In this document: positions 40,442 through 52,350 of the stretch, one piece after another | How the letters are laid out: the number at the start of each line of letters is the position of its first letter | How positions within the stretch are numbered: the first letter of the stretch is position 1 | Source of the DNA: Diplonema japonicum | Lineage: Eukaryota > Protista > Euglenozoa: Diplonemea | DNA length: 64,000 nucleotides | Reading direction: 5' to 3' | NCBI GenBank assembly: GCA_964019335.1 | Contig: OZ025650.1 | Span: 372,001 to 436,000, forward strand | Program-made: the position numbers and the translations under genes | The notes under the pieces: generated by a model | Seen by the model: the letters and a program-made list of their open reading frames with translations, nothing else | What the model was told of the DNA's origin: nothing | The model's database searches: none

Positions 40442-42737
40442 CTAGAGCTCGCTCGCTTTCTCGTTGTTGACTTTCATGGTCACAGAACCGCCGCGCGCTG
40501 TTGTTAGGTGTTCAGGTGTTATGAGCATACAATGTTTCTTCGGCTTTTCCGGCTCCGCCGCTGGGGGGGGTTCAGTGTGGGTGGGCAACGACGCGCCCCA
40601 AGCAAATGTCCCAGCCCACCCAATACTGTTCCTCAGATTCACAAACAAAGCAGACCACCCAGGCGGGATGTAGACAGCATCCCCAGGTAGTTGCTGCACT
40701 TCGAAGGCACCTAGCGATGAGGACAGCACCTCTGCGACGAAGGCCTCCATTGCAGGCAGCGTCGAGTAGTAAGCCTTCGGCGGGGGCAGCAACAGCCACA
40801 CCCTGTGCCCCTCCGCAAGGAAGTCTACCGTGTGCGAGTCGTCGAAGTGCATGGACCTCCCCGATCCCGACCCTCCTACGCGCAGAGTGTACGCACTCTC
40901 ATTCTTTACAGCCTCTGTAAAGATGTCCTCGAGGGCTGCGGGTACATCGACAAGAGCCTTGAAGGGCCCCCTCATAGGTGCCTGCAGCAGTGTTCTCTTC
41001 CCCAAACGCAGCTGCTCGACGCTAAAGGCCACCAGGGACGCTTGCCCGGAGGGTGGGTTGCTGAGGTGCATGTGATCACCAAATGGAAGTGTCACACCAC
41101 CTAAGTTCCTTACCAGCTGCTTGAAGTCAAACAGATCCTTCGATCGCTTGCGTGCCTCCTCTGTCCCCGGCAGGCAGTCGTGCATCACGACGGGCCTCCC
41201 CACAGACAGGTACTTCTTGACAAGAGTTGCCTTGTCCACCTTCACGTAGTCAATATCCATTGGTGCTTCTTCCGAGAGCCTCGTGTCGAAGGTGGCATCG
41301 TAATCCTTGCGGTCCTCCCAGCGGGGCACCCACTGACGTTCCTCTTCTGACATGTCCTTCAACGCCTTTTCGTCAGGCACGATGTAGCCCCACTCGGCAG
41401 AGGGTGTGTACGAGTCAACGACGGTTTGCAGGGCTGGTGCGAAGAGGGAAATATCCGCACGGCAACGTGTGGCCCAGCAGGGCTTTTGAGGCTTGCGGCC
41501 CCAAGCATCCTTCAGGTGCGAGTTGTTCAGGTTGGGTATGCTGCCTGTCGCAAGAGGGAGGATGTGTGCCGGAGTCAGGTCGTGCGCAGCTGGGGTTGTG
41601 AGGTTCCTCGACGTAACTGCTATCACTTGCTCGCCAAGCATGGCGAGGAGGTGCCCTGGGGTGAAGCCCTCTGCCTCCTTCCCGTCCGTGTTGAGCACCT
41701 CGTCAAGCGTCGTGTTCAATTCTTGCGCGATCCTGTGCCAGTCAGCCACAATGCCTGTCTTGTCAAGACACTTTGCAGTAACCTCTTGCATGGCTGCGTA
41801 CGTCACGAAGTCGGACCCCAAGAGGACCTTGTGCCCGCATTCCTTCTCGACAAGCAACGCGAGGCCATCGCGTGTAGCGGAGTCGCCTGAGGCAAGGTTC
41901 TTGGTGGAGTGGGTGATGAAGGTTGGGAGGTTGCTGAGGAAGGCAAAGAGAGTCTTCTGGAAGGTGTCAAGGTCGTAGGCAACGTTGGGGGGCATCGCGT
42001 AGCAGCGCCAGAGTGTTTGCAAGTCGCCATTGGCGTGGGATTGGATGACAAAGCGCCTGAGCTGGGTGTTGTAAGGGGAGTTGATGACGGCAACGCGCAG
42101 CGTCTCGTAGTACGCTTCGTGGTCGTGGGTCTCGAGGGCGGCGTTGGCTAGCTCCGACAGCACCATGGACGCATAGCCATCGAAAGCAAGGAGCTCACCA
42201 TACGTGAGGTTCAAGCTCGCATGGGCCACCCTTGTCCTTAGGTCGGACCAACTGTCTTCAGGTGGGTCTTGCAGAGTGAGGTTGAGCATCGAAGTGCCCA
42301 GCAGCTGGACAGCATCCTTCACCTTGCCAGCTTTTTTCAGGATCTTGGACTTCACGTAGTTATGCTCCATAGTCTCGTCGGCAGGAGACACGCGCGTCAA
42401 GGTTTCTAACTGTGAGTGTTGGGTGGGCTTTTTATCTCGTTTCTTTGTATACCGCTGTATTGTGCTCTCCCTTGTCGGAGTAGGTGTCTGCTATCATTCT
42501 TAGAGCCTTCACATGGTGCTCGCTCTCCTTTTCGATCTTCAGACAATCTTCCAACCACTTAATGGCCTTCGTCATGGCCTTGCCCCTCACTACCTCCCAT
42601 TCCTCCTTCGACACCTTCTCATCAGGCTTCGTCTTCTCCCTTAGATCTGTTACCTTCTTAAAAAGCTTTTCGCACTTCGACTCGGCTTCCGCACCAGCAA
42701 CCAGCCACACCGACAGCAATACAACTAAGCACCGCAT
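40442..42737 (-). CDS. Signal-peptide protein with TPR-like N-terminus and C-terminal JmjC/cupin domain (JMJD8-like); 1 intron
   Basis: MRCLVVLLSVWLVAGAEA; GGSGSGRSMHFD, GHRVWLLLPP, QLPGDAVYIPPGWS (third metal ligand His appears to be Ser). Confidence 0.82.
42410..42452 (-). other. Spliceosomal intron, 43 nt
   Basis: GTATAC...CACAG joins two ORFs in frame. Confidence 0.8.
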
Positions 42738-42827
42738 CGACGGATATTCTTTTTTTTTTTGTGCTAAACGTGGGTTTTTTTGTTTGTGTGCTCTGGGAGG
42801 GAGTTTTTGCAAAAAACAAAAAATGGG

Positions 42828-42863
<36 letters not shown>

Positions 42864-42943
42864 AAAGAACACGTCATGATGAACATAGTGCAAATTTCAA
42901 CACCTGATGGGTCGTGGAGGGGACGAGGAGGGACAGGTAGATC

Positions 42944-43756
42944 TCATATCATTTTTGCAAAATCTTTATCACCATGATGGCAAACGCAGTACGAGGCCTT
43001 GTAGACGCCGATGCGGTGGAGGAAGTCGTAGAAGCGACGTATGAGGCCGTCTGTGGCCTGTTCGTAAAAGGTGGATGCAAAGAGGTTAATGGACATTGAG
43101 GGTGTAGGGGTTGTGGTGGAGTGCAGCCAGTACTTTGGTATCAAGACGGCGTCACCAGGAAGAAGAGTAGTTTTCAATATTTTAGCGGCGGTTGTAGTTG
43201 CTTTAGGATGCAAGGTGAAGTCGGGTGTGGCAGGGGTGAAATCAAAGCATGTTGTACCGGAATCGTATTTTTCGTTCTTGTAACAATTTTTCGCCTCACC
43301 CGGCGGTAGTAAAAAAACAGTTTTTTCGCCGTAGATCTGACACAGTAAGCTGTGTTCATCGTCATGATGCAGGCCTGTTGTGCATCCAGCCGGCCCCATC
43401 CAGAAGTACTGCGATCCGTAATACTCTGTATCGAAAAGGTCTATGGGTGAAATTTCTTTGGAAAAATCGCCCGTGATAGTTTCTAGTTCGAACTGCTTCA
43501 GGTAGCCCCCTTCTAATCTTTCACAGTATTCGCCCAAGGGGATTTTTTTTTTTATGGTTTTGCTGCTGCACTCCTCGTTTCCGACGCTGATCCAAACGGG
43601 TTCTTCAACATCTTTGAACATTTCAGGTGTCCACTTCCCTATCGCGTTCCACCGTTTCACTCCAACCCCTCTTAGGACAACTGGTGTCCCTTTTTGTACG
43701 TACTCTGAAATAAATCGTCCATTTCCCATCCATTTTGCCTCAGGTAGGCTGGACAT
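42944..43756 (-). CDS. JmjC (cupin-8) 2-oxoglutarate oxygenase, JMJD5/7-like
   Basis: WMGPAGCTTGLHHD, QIYGEK, LLPGDAVLIPKYWLH. Confidence 0.9.
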   Translation of the reverse strand: MSSLPEAKWMGNGRFISEYVQKGTPVVLRGVGVKRWNAIGKWTPEMFKDVEEPVWISVGNEECSSKTIKKKIPLGEYCERLEGGYLKQFELETITGDFSKEISPIDLFDTEYYGSQYFWMGPAGCTTGLHHDDEHSLLCQIYGEKTVFLLPPGEAKNCYKNEKYDSGTTCFDFTPATPDFTLHPKATTTAAKILKTTLLPGDAVLIPKYWLHSTTTPTPSMSINLFASTFYEQATDGLIRRFYDFLHRIGVYKASYCVCHHGDKDFAKMI

Positions 43757-44563
43757 TCTTCTTTTTTTTTATTTTCTTTTTTTTCCCCCACCTCCTTTTT
43801 TTTCTTCTATTTTTTTATTTTTTTTATTTTTTTCCGAAAGGGATACAAAAATTAAATAATAATAAAAAAAAAAAAAAACAGAGAGAGGAATAATTTTTTT
43901 TTTTTATAGTTTCTTTCTATATAAAAAAAATCCCGCCAGTAAAGAGAAAAAAAAAAAAAAAAAAAAAAAAAAAAGAAAGAGAAAAATATGAGCTCGTCCG
44001 ACTACTGACGCATGTTATGCTGGAGTCCGGGGGGGAAAGGTCAACGTGCCCCACTTTGTGCAGACTGGCCATCTAAGCTTGAACACCAAATTGGTCAAAA
44101 TGCACACCGTTTATTTTATTTTCAAAACCCGTAAAAAAAATTTAAAAAAAAAGTGTTGACATTTTAATCCGGACGAGCTCGTATATATGGAAAAGAAAAG
44201 GAAAAAAAAAGAATAGGGTGAAACAGAACAAAGAGGAATATATTCGAAGTTTGAAAAAGAATTTCTTTTTTTTTTTCTCCTCTTCTTTTACTTTTTTCTT
44301 TCTTTCTTTCTTTCTTTCTTTTTTTTTTATATTTTTGTTGTGCGGGAACGGGAAACTATCCAAGACTTCTTTCTTTTGTAAGCTTCTTACTTTGCTCTAC
44401 TCTTCGTACAGAACCAACACTTTCTCAACCCTTCGTCGGAAAAAAAAAAAAAAAAAACCAACAACAACAACAACCGCACCACAAAGGCCGTAAAGAAAAA
44501 AAAAAGAAGAAAAAAAACCACATAAATGGGGTGGGTGAAGTGCACCAAAGAAAGGGGTTTAAC

Positions 44564-44602
<39 letters not shown>

Positions 44603-44921
44603 TATAACAGTTTTCATAAAATTCTTTTTTTTAAAAAAAGAAAACCCACGTAAATGAAGGAGCGAGAAAGTACGGAAACCAGAAAGAGCGAGCAACGACC
44701 AGAAGGATAGGAGAAGGGGGGGGGGGGGGGGTAAAGGTTAAGAAAGGAAGCAAGAGGGTTTTTTATATATTTTTTCTGATTTTTTTCTTGTTTTTTTTCT
44801 TTCTTCTTCTTCTTTCTGAACACCTTGCATACCGGAAGAGCGAAGCCTATTTCTTTCATTATCACCCCCCCCCCCCCCCCTATTCTAAAAAAATCCCCTC
44901 CCCCTCCCAATCACTCCCTTA

Positions 44922-45629
44922 CTACTTGTACTGAACAACCTGCGGCGCAGGCGGCTGTGTCCCGTAAGAAGGCGGTGGCCCAGCAGGTTGCTGTGCGTAT
45001 CCAGCAGGTTGCTGTGCATATCCAGCAGGCTGCTGTGCGTATCCAGCAGGAGGAGGAGCAAACCCTGTGGGAGGGGGTGCATATCCAGGCTGGGCCACGG
45101 CCATGCCTGCAGGGGAAGGATATTTAATAGATGGTTCACAGCAGGTATGGCCAGGGGGTGTGCCTCGCTTGCTGAGCTCACGGTGGACCTGACACATGAC
45201 ACAAGGTGCGCACCAGAACGACATGCAACAGTCGTCGCAGCCATCGCCCATGATGCCGTAGCTGGTGCGGACCTTGTCCCTCATGCACATGGAGAACAAG
45301 CATGTTGCGATGCCGCCAACGAAGTAGATTGCCCCGCACATCCCTAGGCACATGAGGATGTTCATGCTGTCGGGCTTGTGTTCAAATGCAGCATCGTAGA
45401 TCCTCCCTGCCTGGCAGCAGGTGCAAAAGCACACATCGCAGCACAGCCCAATGTCCTGGAAGCAGTCGCACACCCCCGCCTCCCATGTCTCTGTGGGTAC
45501 CCGGTTCACTGCCTGTACCCCCACCACCGCCACAGGCGGCTGCTGCACAGGTGGCATACACTGTGGCTGGTACCCAGGGTTGACCTGCTGAGGGGGCGGG
45601 GCCGTTGCTGCTGCGTATTCACCACCCAT
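44922..45629 (-). CDS. PLAC8/cornifelin family protein with PAGYAQQ repeat tail
   Basis: WEAGVCDCFQD..CC..CTCCQ, R..YGI.G.GCDDCC..CAPCVMCQVHREL. Confidence 0.92.
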   Translation of the reverse strand: MGGEYAAATAPPPQQVNPGYQPQCMPPVQQPPVAVVGVQAVNRVPTETWEAGVCDCFQDIGLCCDVCFCTCCQAGRIYDAAFEHKPDSMNILMCLGMCGAIYFVGGIATCLFSMCMRDKVRTSYGIMGDGCDDCCMSFWCAPCVMCQVHRELSKRGTPPGHTCCEPSIKYPSPAGMAVAQPGYAPPPTGFAPPPAGYAQQPAGYAQQPAGYAQQPAGPPPSYGTQPPAPQVVQYK

Positions 45630-46676
45630 TTTTTTTTTTTTTGTTGTTGAAGAGAAAAAAAAAAAACAAAATCCTTTTTTTATTGAGAAATTATATAGAT
45701 GGATGATGTACTAAATAAATGAAAAAGAGAGAGGGGAAAAAAAAATGAAAAAAAAAACACACACGCCATAAGAAAAAAAAAAATATGGCATAACACACAC
45801 CGTCAGGAAGGGGCTTTCTTTTTTTTATTTTTTTCGTTGAAAGAAAAAAAAAGAATAACCTTCTAAAGGAACAAACTAAAAAAAAGGGGGGGGGAATAGT
45901 TCATGGATCCATAGTGGTAATCCTTTTCTTCATTTTATGTTTCGTCATTTTTTTTCCTCCCTTTTCTAGCTTCTCCAGATGACTTGTTTTTCGTAAAAAA
46001 TAATTTCATTTTTCTTTTGCTTTTTGGGGATAAAAGTTTCACAAAATGAAAAAGTAATTGAATGGCCAAAAAAAAAAAAAAAAAAAAAAAAGAAAGAAAG
46101 AAACCATCCCTGGATTATCGCTAGGTTCGGAAAGATGTAAATGGCAAAAAAGAAAGGGTAGGACTGCATAGGAGCAAGTTGAAATTAGTAAGGATGAGGG
46201 GAGGAAGAAAAAAGTAAAAAAAAACTAAAAAGAAAAAAAAAAAAAAAAAAAAAAAAAACATCCACCCACGAATAGGCAGATAAACGACAGGCAGAAGAAC
46301 AAAAGAAGAACAAAAGGTAATTGTAAGGGCCAAGCCCCACTTTAAGGGTGAGCAGTTTAGTGATTCACTTTTTCTTTTTCTCTCCCAAGTGATACGGGGA
46401 AAAAGAAAAGATTGAAATTAATGTCTACACCCATTCCCTGTTTTTTTTTTTTTTTTTTTTTTTTTTTCTCTCTTCTTTTATTTTCTGTTTACCGTCGTTT
46501 GTATAATATGGTTCTGTTGCAACCCCTTACGAAAGGGGTGTAAAGAGTGTTGGAAAATAAATCAAACAAACAAAAGTTCCACATCAGATTTCTTTTTTTT
46601 TTTTTTTTTTTCCCTTTGAGGGGGTAGTCAGGAAATCCCAGGAGAAGAAAAAACACTTCATTCCTTCTCTGGTTTC

Positions 46677-47117
46677 TTAAACACCAGTGTTGTACCCAGG
46701 CTGAACCTTACCGTGTTGCAGTTGCGGGTAGCTGACAGATGGGCTGCAGCAAACATAGCCTGGTGTCTTGCCCCTCTTGCTGAGCTCCTTGTGAAGCTGG
46801 CACATGGCGCAAGTAGTGCAGAAGCACGCAGCACAGCAGTCTCCACAGCCACTGCCCATGATCCCGTACTTTCCCCTGACCTTGTCCCTCATGCACATGG
46901 TAAAGATGCATTGGGGGATGACACCAAGGAAGTAAGTACAAATCAACAGACCGCAACAAACTGGCACATTCATCTCGTCCGGCTTCTCGTCAGCGGCCTC
47001 GTAAATCCTCCCTGCCTGGCAGCATGTACAGAGCAAAACATCACAGCACAACCCGCAGTCCTGGAAGCAGTCGCAAAGCCCCGATTCCCACTGGCTGGCT
47101 TGTTGCTGGTACGACAT
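46677..47117 (-). CDS. PLAC8 family protein
   Basis: WESGLCDCFQD...CAMCQLHKEL; ATG at 47117. Confidence 0.92.
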   Translation of the reverse strand: MSYQQQASQWESGLCDCFQDCGLCCDVLLCTCCQAGRIYEAADEKPDEMNVPVCCGLLICTYFLGVIPQCIFTMCMRDKVRGKYGIMGSGCGDCCAACFCTTCAMCQLHKELSKRGKTPGYVCCSPSVSYPQLQHGKVQPGYNTGV

Positions 47118-47332
47118 TTTTTTTGTGGGGGGGGTTTTTTTTTCTTCTTTGATTTTTTTTTGTGAGAAAATATAAAAGGAAATATATATGTATATCACTG
47201 ATGTGGGGGGAAGGGGGGGGTTAAATCCTCCCCATGGAAGAAAAAGGAACGAAAAAAAAAAAAAGAAAAAGAAAAAGAAAAAAAGACTTAAGTTAGACCA
47301 CCTTATTATTTATTTCCAACAGGTTTACATTG

Positions 47333-47367
<35 letters not shown>

Positions 47368-49147
47368 GCCTCGCGTCCTTACATCATATCTTTAAAGTGT
47401 TCGCGGCTAAGGTATGTGTTGTTGTGTTGAGAACTTTTTCCGAAGAGAAAAAAGAAGAAGGAAACGAAGAAATGCACCAAAAGAAAACTCAAATTAACAT
47501 GCAAACCCCTAAAGCGAAGGCCGCATGCCCTAAAAAGGGAGGGGTTATGGTCAGTGCTAGGTAGCTCTCAGTTTCGATCTAATCTTGCGACTCCTCCAAG
47601 TGCTGACCTCTTCAGGCAAGTAGCACCCTTCATTGGCTCCCACTAGCGTCCCAGCGGGTTTGGAGAGTACTTTTCCCGACCAAAAAAAAAAAAAAAAAAG
47701 AAAAAAAAAATGCACTCAAAAAACACAGGAGTGCCTTGAAGAACACTTTAAGAGATATGAAGATAAATGTGGAGATCAGTACACTCGATGTGACAACTGC
47801 ACTGGCAAAAGAAAAAGAAAAAAAAAACGTAGTTGTGTCTGCGAAAACAGATTTTTTTGCGCCGCAGAGAAGGGGGGGGGGGGGGGGGGGGGGGGCAATC
47901 TAAACCAATGGCGATGCTTAAAGAAAAGCCAAGAAAAAAAAAAGATGAATTGAAGAGTTAAAGGGAACGGGGGACATGCTGCGGGATGATTATCGCATTC
48001 TGCAGTTCTTTTTTCATTGCCCCCCTCCCCCGCTGTAACACCAAAGTATATATAAGTCCCTTCCCCGTGGTAAGGAGAAGGGACAAATCGTATGCATGAG
48101 TGAATAACAGATAATACGGTGAAAAGAAAGAGAAAAAAAATTCTTTTTGTACCAACACGAAGTTTTTTTTTTCTTTCCCGTCCCCCCTTTTTTTTTCATT
48201 CATTTTTGGTCACTCTAAAGCCTCAATAAAAAAAATCAAGTCTCAATTTCATATAGCACTTTCGTACGGGCCATGATAGAGGGGGAAAAAAAAAAATCTC
48301 TTCTCTCTCTCTCGCATCTGCAAAAATGTCAAATCTCATATCATGAAAAAAACCGCGACCTAATGATGAAGGGCTTGCGTGCCATTGAACGAAAAGGTGT
48401 TCTGGAAGAAAGAAAAGAGGTATCTTGCCAACCAAATCCTGCCTGGGCTGCTCCGGTAGTCCCCCCCCCCCTGGCATCAGCCAAAAAAATGTACTATCGG
48501 AGTATATACCTGAAATACGTGCCCGAAGCTCCTTTCCAGATTTAGAAGAAAAGTCCGAAGTGCCGAAAGGCACCCCTGGGGACTGAGGACTCCATAGCTG
48601 GAAACAGAGAATAATTCTGAGCAATTCTGTATTTTCTTCTTCTTCTTCTTTTTTTTTTTTTAAATAAAAAGGGGGGTATTTTTTTCCACCTGTGTTGGGT
48701 TCAAACCGGGTGCTTGAGGTGAAGCTGAAATCCCGAGCTGAGATATTTCTTTCTGGGTATAGTAAGCATACCTAAAAAGCTGACAGCCTCCGGAGGGGGG
48801 GAGGGGGGAATTCCTGGTTCTAAGACCCGGGGCAGTTTCTTTTTTTTGTTTTGTTTTTTTGTACAAAACACACCCAATGGAGAAAGAAAAAGAACATAGA
48901 AAAAAACCCCCCCCCCCTAGGGCCATGGATAGAGAAGAGGAAAAGAAAGAATCAAAAAAAAAAGGCAAGGGCGAAGATTGAAGAGAGCAAGAAGCGAAGG
49001 AGGGGACAGCAGGGGACCGCATAGACAGCGGCCGTGCGTATTACAAAAAAAAAAAAAGAAAAAGAAAAAAAAAACCAAATATTGAGACGAACCATAACCA
49101 TTAATCATAACCATAACCATAACCATAACCCCCTTTCTTATTCTGGG

Positions 49148-49659
49148 CTAGGTGTATCTTACTACTTGTGACGCTCCACAAGGATTATAAGCAGGCTGCA
49201 CTGCGAGAGGTGCATTTGAGTACTTAATAGAAGGTTCGCAGCAGATATAGCCAGGGGGTGTGCCTCGCTTGCTGAGCTCACGGTGGACCTGACACATGAC
49301 ACAAGGTGCGCACCAAAACGACATGCAACAGTCGTCGCAGCCATCGCCCATGATGCCGTAGCTGGTGCGGACCTTGTCCCTCATGCACATGGAGAAGACG
49401 CATGTTGCGATGGCTCCAAAAAAGTAACTTGCACCCACCATCAACAGGCAGACTGGGACGTTGAAACTGTCGGGTTTGTGTTCAAATGCAGCATCGTAGA
49501 TCCTCCCTGCCTGGCAGCAGGTGCAAAAGCACACATCGCAGCACAGCCCAATGTCCTGGAAGCAGTCGCACACCCCCGCCTCCCATGTCTCTGTAGGCAG
49601 CGGCATCGTCACGTAAGAAGAACTTGCCGCGAAAGCGGGTTGTGCCGTCCCATATCCTC

Positions 49660-49663
<4 letters not shown>
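49148..49663 (-). CDS. PLAC8 family protein
   Basis: Domain near-identical to 44922-45629. Confidence 0.92.
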
Positions 49664-49701
<38 letters not shown>

Positions 49702-49806
49702 AGTGTCCCCCCCTCCACTTTTTTAATTTTTTTTTGAAATTTTTATTTATGGGAATTAAAAAAAAAAGAAAAAACTAAAAAGGAAAAAAAAAAAAAAAAA
49801 AAAGAA

Positions 49807-51103
49807 GGGGTAATTCACTTTGGAAAATAACTATTTATTTAGTGAATATAAGATCCTATGATTTCACGCGTGGTGGCAGTGGTTTTGACGAGTAATGACG
49901 GTTATATCACGAGCGAAGCGAGTGTTATAACGTTTAACGAGTCAAAACTGCCACCACAAGTGAAATCATCAATCTTATATTCACAAATACGATATTTTAT
50001 TTAACGACAGCAGAATTTGAGTGGGTGGGAGGTACAGGTGGTACCAATTACAACAGGTGTCGGATATGTGCCTCGGTAGTGCACATGTTTAGCGTGGCGG
50101 ACGATGCCATACCTCGGTGCTAAAGAATTCTGTCATTTGCTCTTGGGTAAAGATGTTCGCCTTTTTTGTTGACTCGCCTTCTTGGAACCTCTTGAGGGGG
50201 ACCTTTAGTCGGGGGTGGTCTTGCAACTGCTTGTTGTAATTCCTCCTCACAACCGAGTTTAGCCTTGAATAAGCCGCCCGGACTGAACGGGCAGCAGGCC
50301 TTGCTTCATGTCGTTGAACTAGAGAATAGAATCCTCTTCTTTCGGACGGGCCCTTCTTTTCCTTCCTATAATTATGAAACACAAAAGCGTGCCCACTCCT
50401 TTTCGTATGGCTCTTGGAAGGGGGTGAACCCTGCTGCGTCCGCCTCTTGTGCAGTCGGGCTCTTGCCTATCCCAAAGGAACCTTGGTAAGAATTCTTGGA
50501 GGGTTTTGCTTAAATTAGGCCCAGGAGTGAAATAATATTTCTTATTTTAACGCTATCAGAATTTTTTCACTCCTGGGCCTAATTTCTTTTAGAAGCCGGA
50601 GCGTGAAAATAAAGTCAGGAGTGAAATAAAGTGAATTTTTATTTTCACCCCCACCCACGAAAATTTTGATGGAGTTAAATAAAAAAAAGTAAAAATTGAA
50701 GACTCAACGTACGTTGAGTAAAAGGACGGGAGCTGATAAATCAGCTTAAAAAAAATATTTATTTTTTTAAGTTTTCGCTCAAGGCATTTAAGTGCCCCCT
50801 ATTGCGCGATTTTTTTTTTTTTTTTTTTTTTTTTTTGGAACAAGCTTTGGGATGAGAAAATCAGAGCGGACATGGTTCAGGGGGCGAAAGAGATACTCTC
50901 ACCTTTCTGACCTGGTACTTGCATTCTGGCAACAATTCTACCGATCCGCTCAGCAACATACGTTTCCTGCTCGACTGCCCGATACCAAAACGAATCAATA
51001 TTTTTCAGTGATATTTGGTGGATTCGACTCCCTAGACCCCCAAAACTGTTTTTGGGCATATGCGAATTTCGCAAAACTTTTTGGGTATTAAGTGAATTAC
51101 CCC
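49807..51103. mobile_element. Non-autonomous TIR element (14-bp TIR GGGGTAATTCACTT) with nested insertion
   Basis: 49807-49820 and 51090-51103 are perfect reverse complements; 9-bp flanks AAAAAAGAA and ATCAAAGAA match at 7 of 9. Confidence 0.6.
49830..50685 (-). mobile_element. Degenerate Crypton-like tyrosine-recombinase element
   Basis: Frameshifted YEKEWARFC..YSRLNSVV..LQDHPRL..LKRFQEG..KKANIFTQEQM; ~143-bp imperfect palindrome 49842-49984 around CGAGCGAAGCGAG; 21-bp inverted repeat 50512-50532/50565-50585. Confidence 0.68.
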
Positions 51104-51432
51104 ATCAAAGAAAGAAGAACGAAAACAAGTGTTCCCCTCTTGTTTTCCTTTATGTTTTTTTTTCCTTTTTCTGAAAGAGCGGCGGGCATGAAGAGCAAAG
51201 AGATGTGTGAAACAAGGACAGAAACAAAACTAAAATAACTCGGGCCGGGGGGGGGGGGGGGGGGAGAAAGCATGTGTTTTTTTTTTACCCAAATTGCAGA
51301 TGAATCCTGATGAAAACATATAAAAATTTAAAAGGATATGTCTGCCGACCGCTTTTCTTTCGTTATTTCCTCCCTCTCTTTTACAAGCCCCTCATTTTCT
51401 ATTTTTCTATTTTTTTTTTTTCTTTTTTCCCT

Positions 51433-52350
51433 CTACACCTTTGAAAAAAAAGGAGTTGGTTCGGGTTTGGATTGAACAAGACCGGCCTCAGCAGCTGTTT
51501 TGACCAACCGAGCAGAGAGGGTGGGGGTGGGCTGCAGAACACGGAGTTTGTTCGCTGCATTACAGTAAAAGTCAATGTGTGTCTGTGTGTGCTGTGTCCG
51601 CTCCCCATCAATGAAGTTGAGGACGGTGTTGTAATACACCGACAGTGTCTTGACACTCGGCTGGGTGAGATGAAGTTTCTCGTCTATGGCACTGAAGAAC
51701 ACCTCACTCCGCTTGTCCAGCTTATCAGCTTCCACCTCTGCCAACACATATTCTTGCTCAGCACTTTCAAGATCGCCTTGAATATGTTGAAGCTTGCTGA
51801 TTAACACTTCGACCTCCTCTAGTATTTTTTGTTTTTCGCCTCGTTTTTCCCGCACTTTTTGTTTCTTTTCTTTTACCGTTTCACGTAGGCCCTTTGCAAC
51901 CTCTTTGTACCCAATTGCTGCTTTTTTCTGATCGGAATAACTTTTCACAACATTGCCCAGTGACATATTGCGAGACGGTGGTGAAGCTTGTGGTAGCTTT
52001 GCGTCTTCTGCATATAATTCCATGTTGTGAATTTCCTCATACAATCCCTTCCACTTTTTGACTTCTTCAAAGTACTGACAGCACCTTTCAACATACGCTT
52101 CTGTTGGTTCGCCTTCTTTGTCCTCTGGGACCTCGGGCATCTCTTTCATCCACTCCCTGTATTTTGACCACACTGCGTCTAGGAGGCCTATATTCGCATC
52201 TTGAAGCTCGCCTCCTTTTCTCATTAATTGTTCAGCTGTTCTGTCCGTCACGTACGCCTTATCGCAATCATAGTCCAATCCTTCATTTATAGAATCTATT
52301 TTAAAACCGCCTGCCTCGAGCAAGCTGGTGATATTACTCAGGAGCGTCAT
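51433..52350 (-). CDS. Uncharacterised coiled-coil protein
   Basis: 305-aa ATG ORF, K/E-rich heptads. Confidence 0.75.
   Translation of the reverse strand: MTLLSNITSLLEAGGFKIDSINEGLDYDCDKAYVTDRTAEQLMRKGGELQDANIGLLDAVWSKYREWMKEMPEVPEDKEGEPTEAYVERCCQYFEEVKKWKGLYEEIHNMELYAEDAKLPQASPPSRNMSLGNVVKSYSDQKKAAIGYKEVAKGLRETVKEKKQKVREKRGEKQKILEEVEVLISKLQHIQGDLESAEQEYVLAEVEADKLDKRSEVFFSAIDEKLHLTQPSVKTLSVYYNTVLNFIDGERTQHTQTHIDFYCNAANKLRVLQPTPTLSARLVKTAAEAGLVQSKPEPTPFFSKV

Noticed and set aside
47550-47680. Possible SLA1-like guide (minus strand has AAGTA and GAAACTG) or tRNA-like element
   Set aside because: Spacing is too long, with no convincing single hairpin plus AGA or cloverleaf
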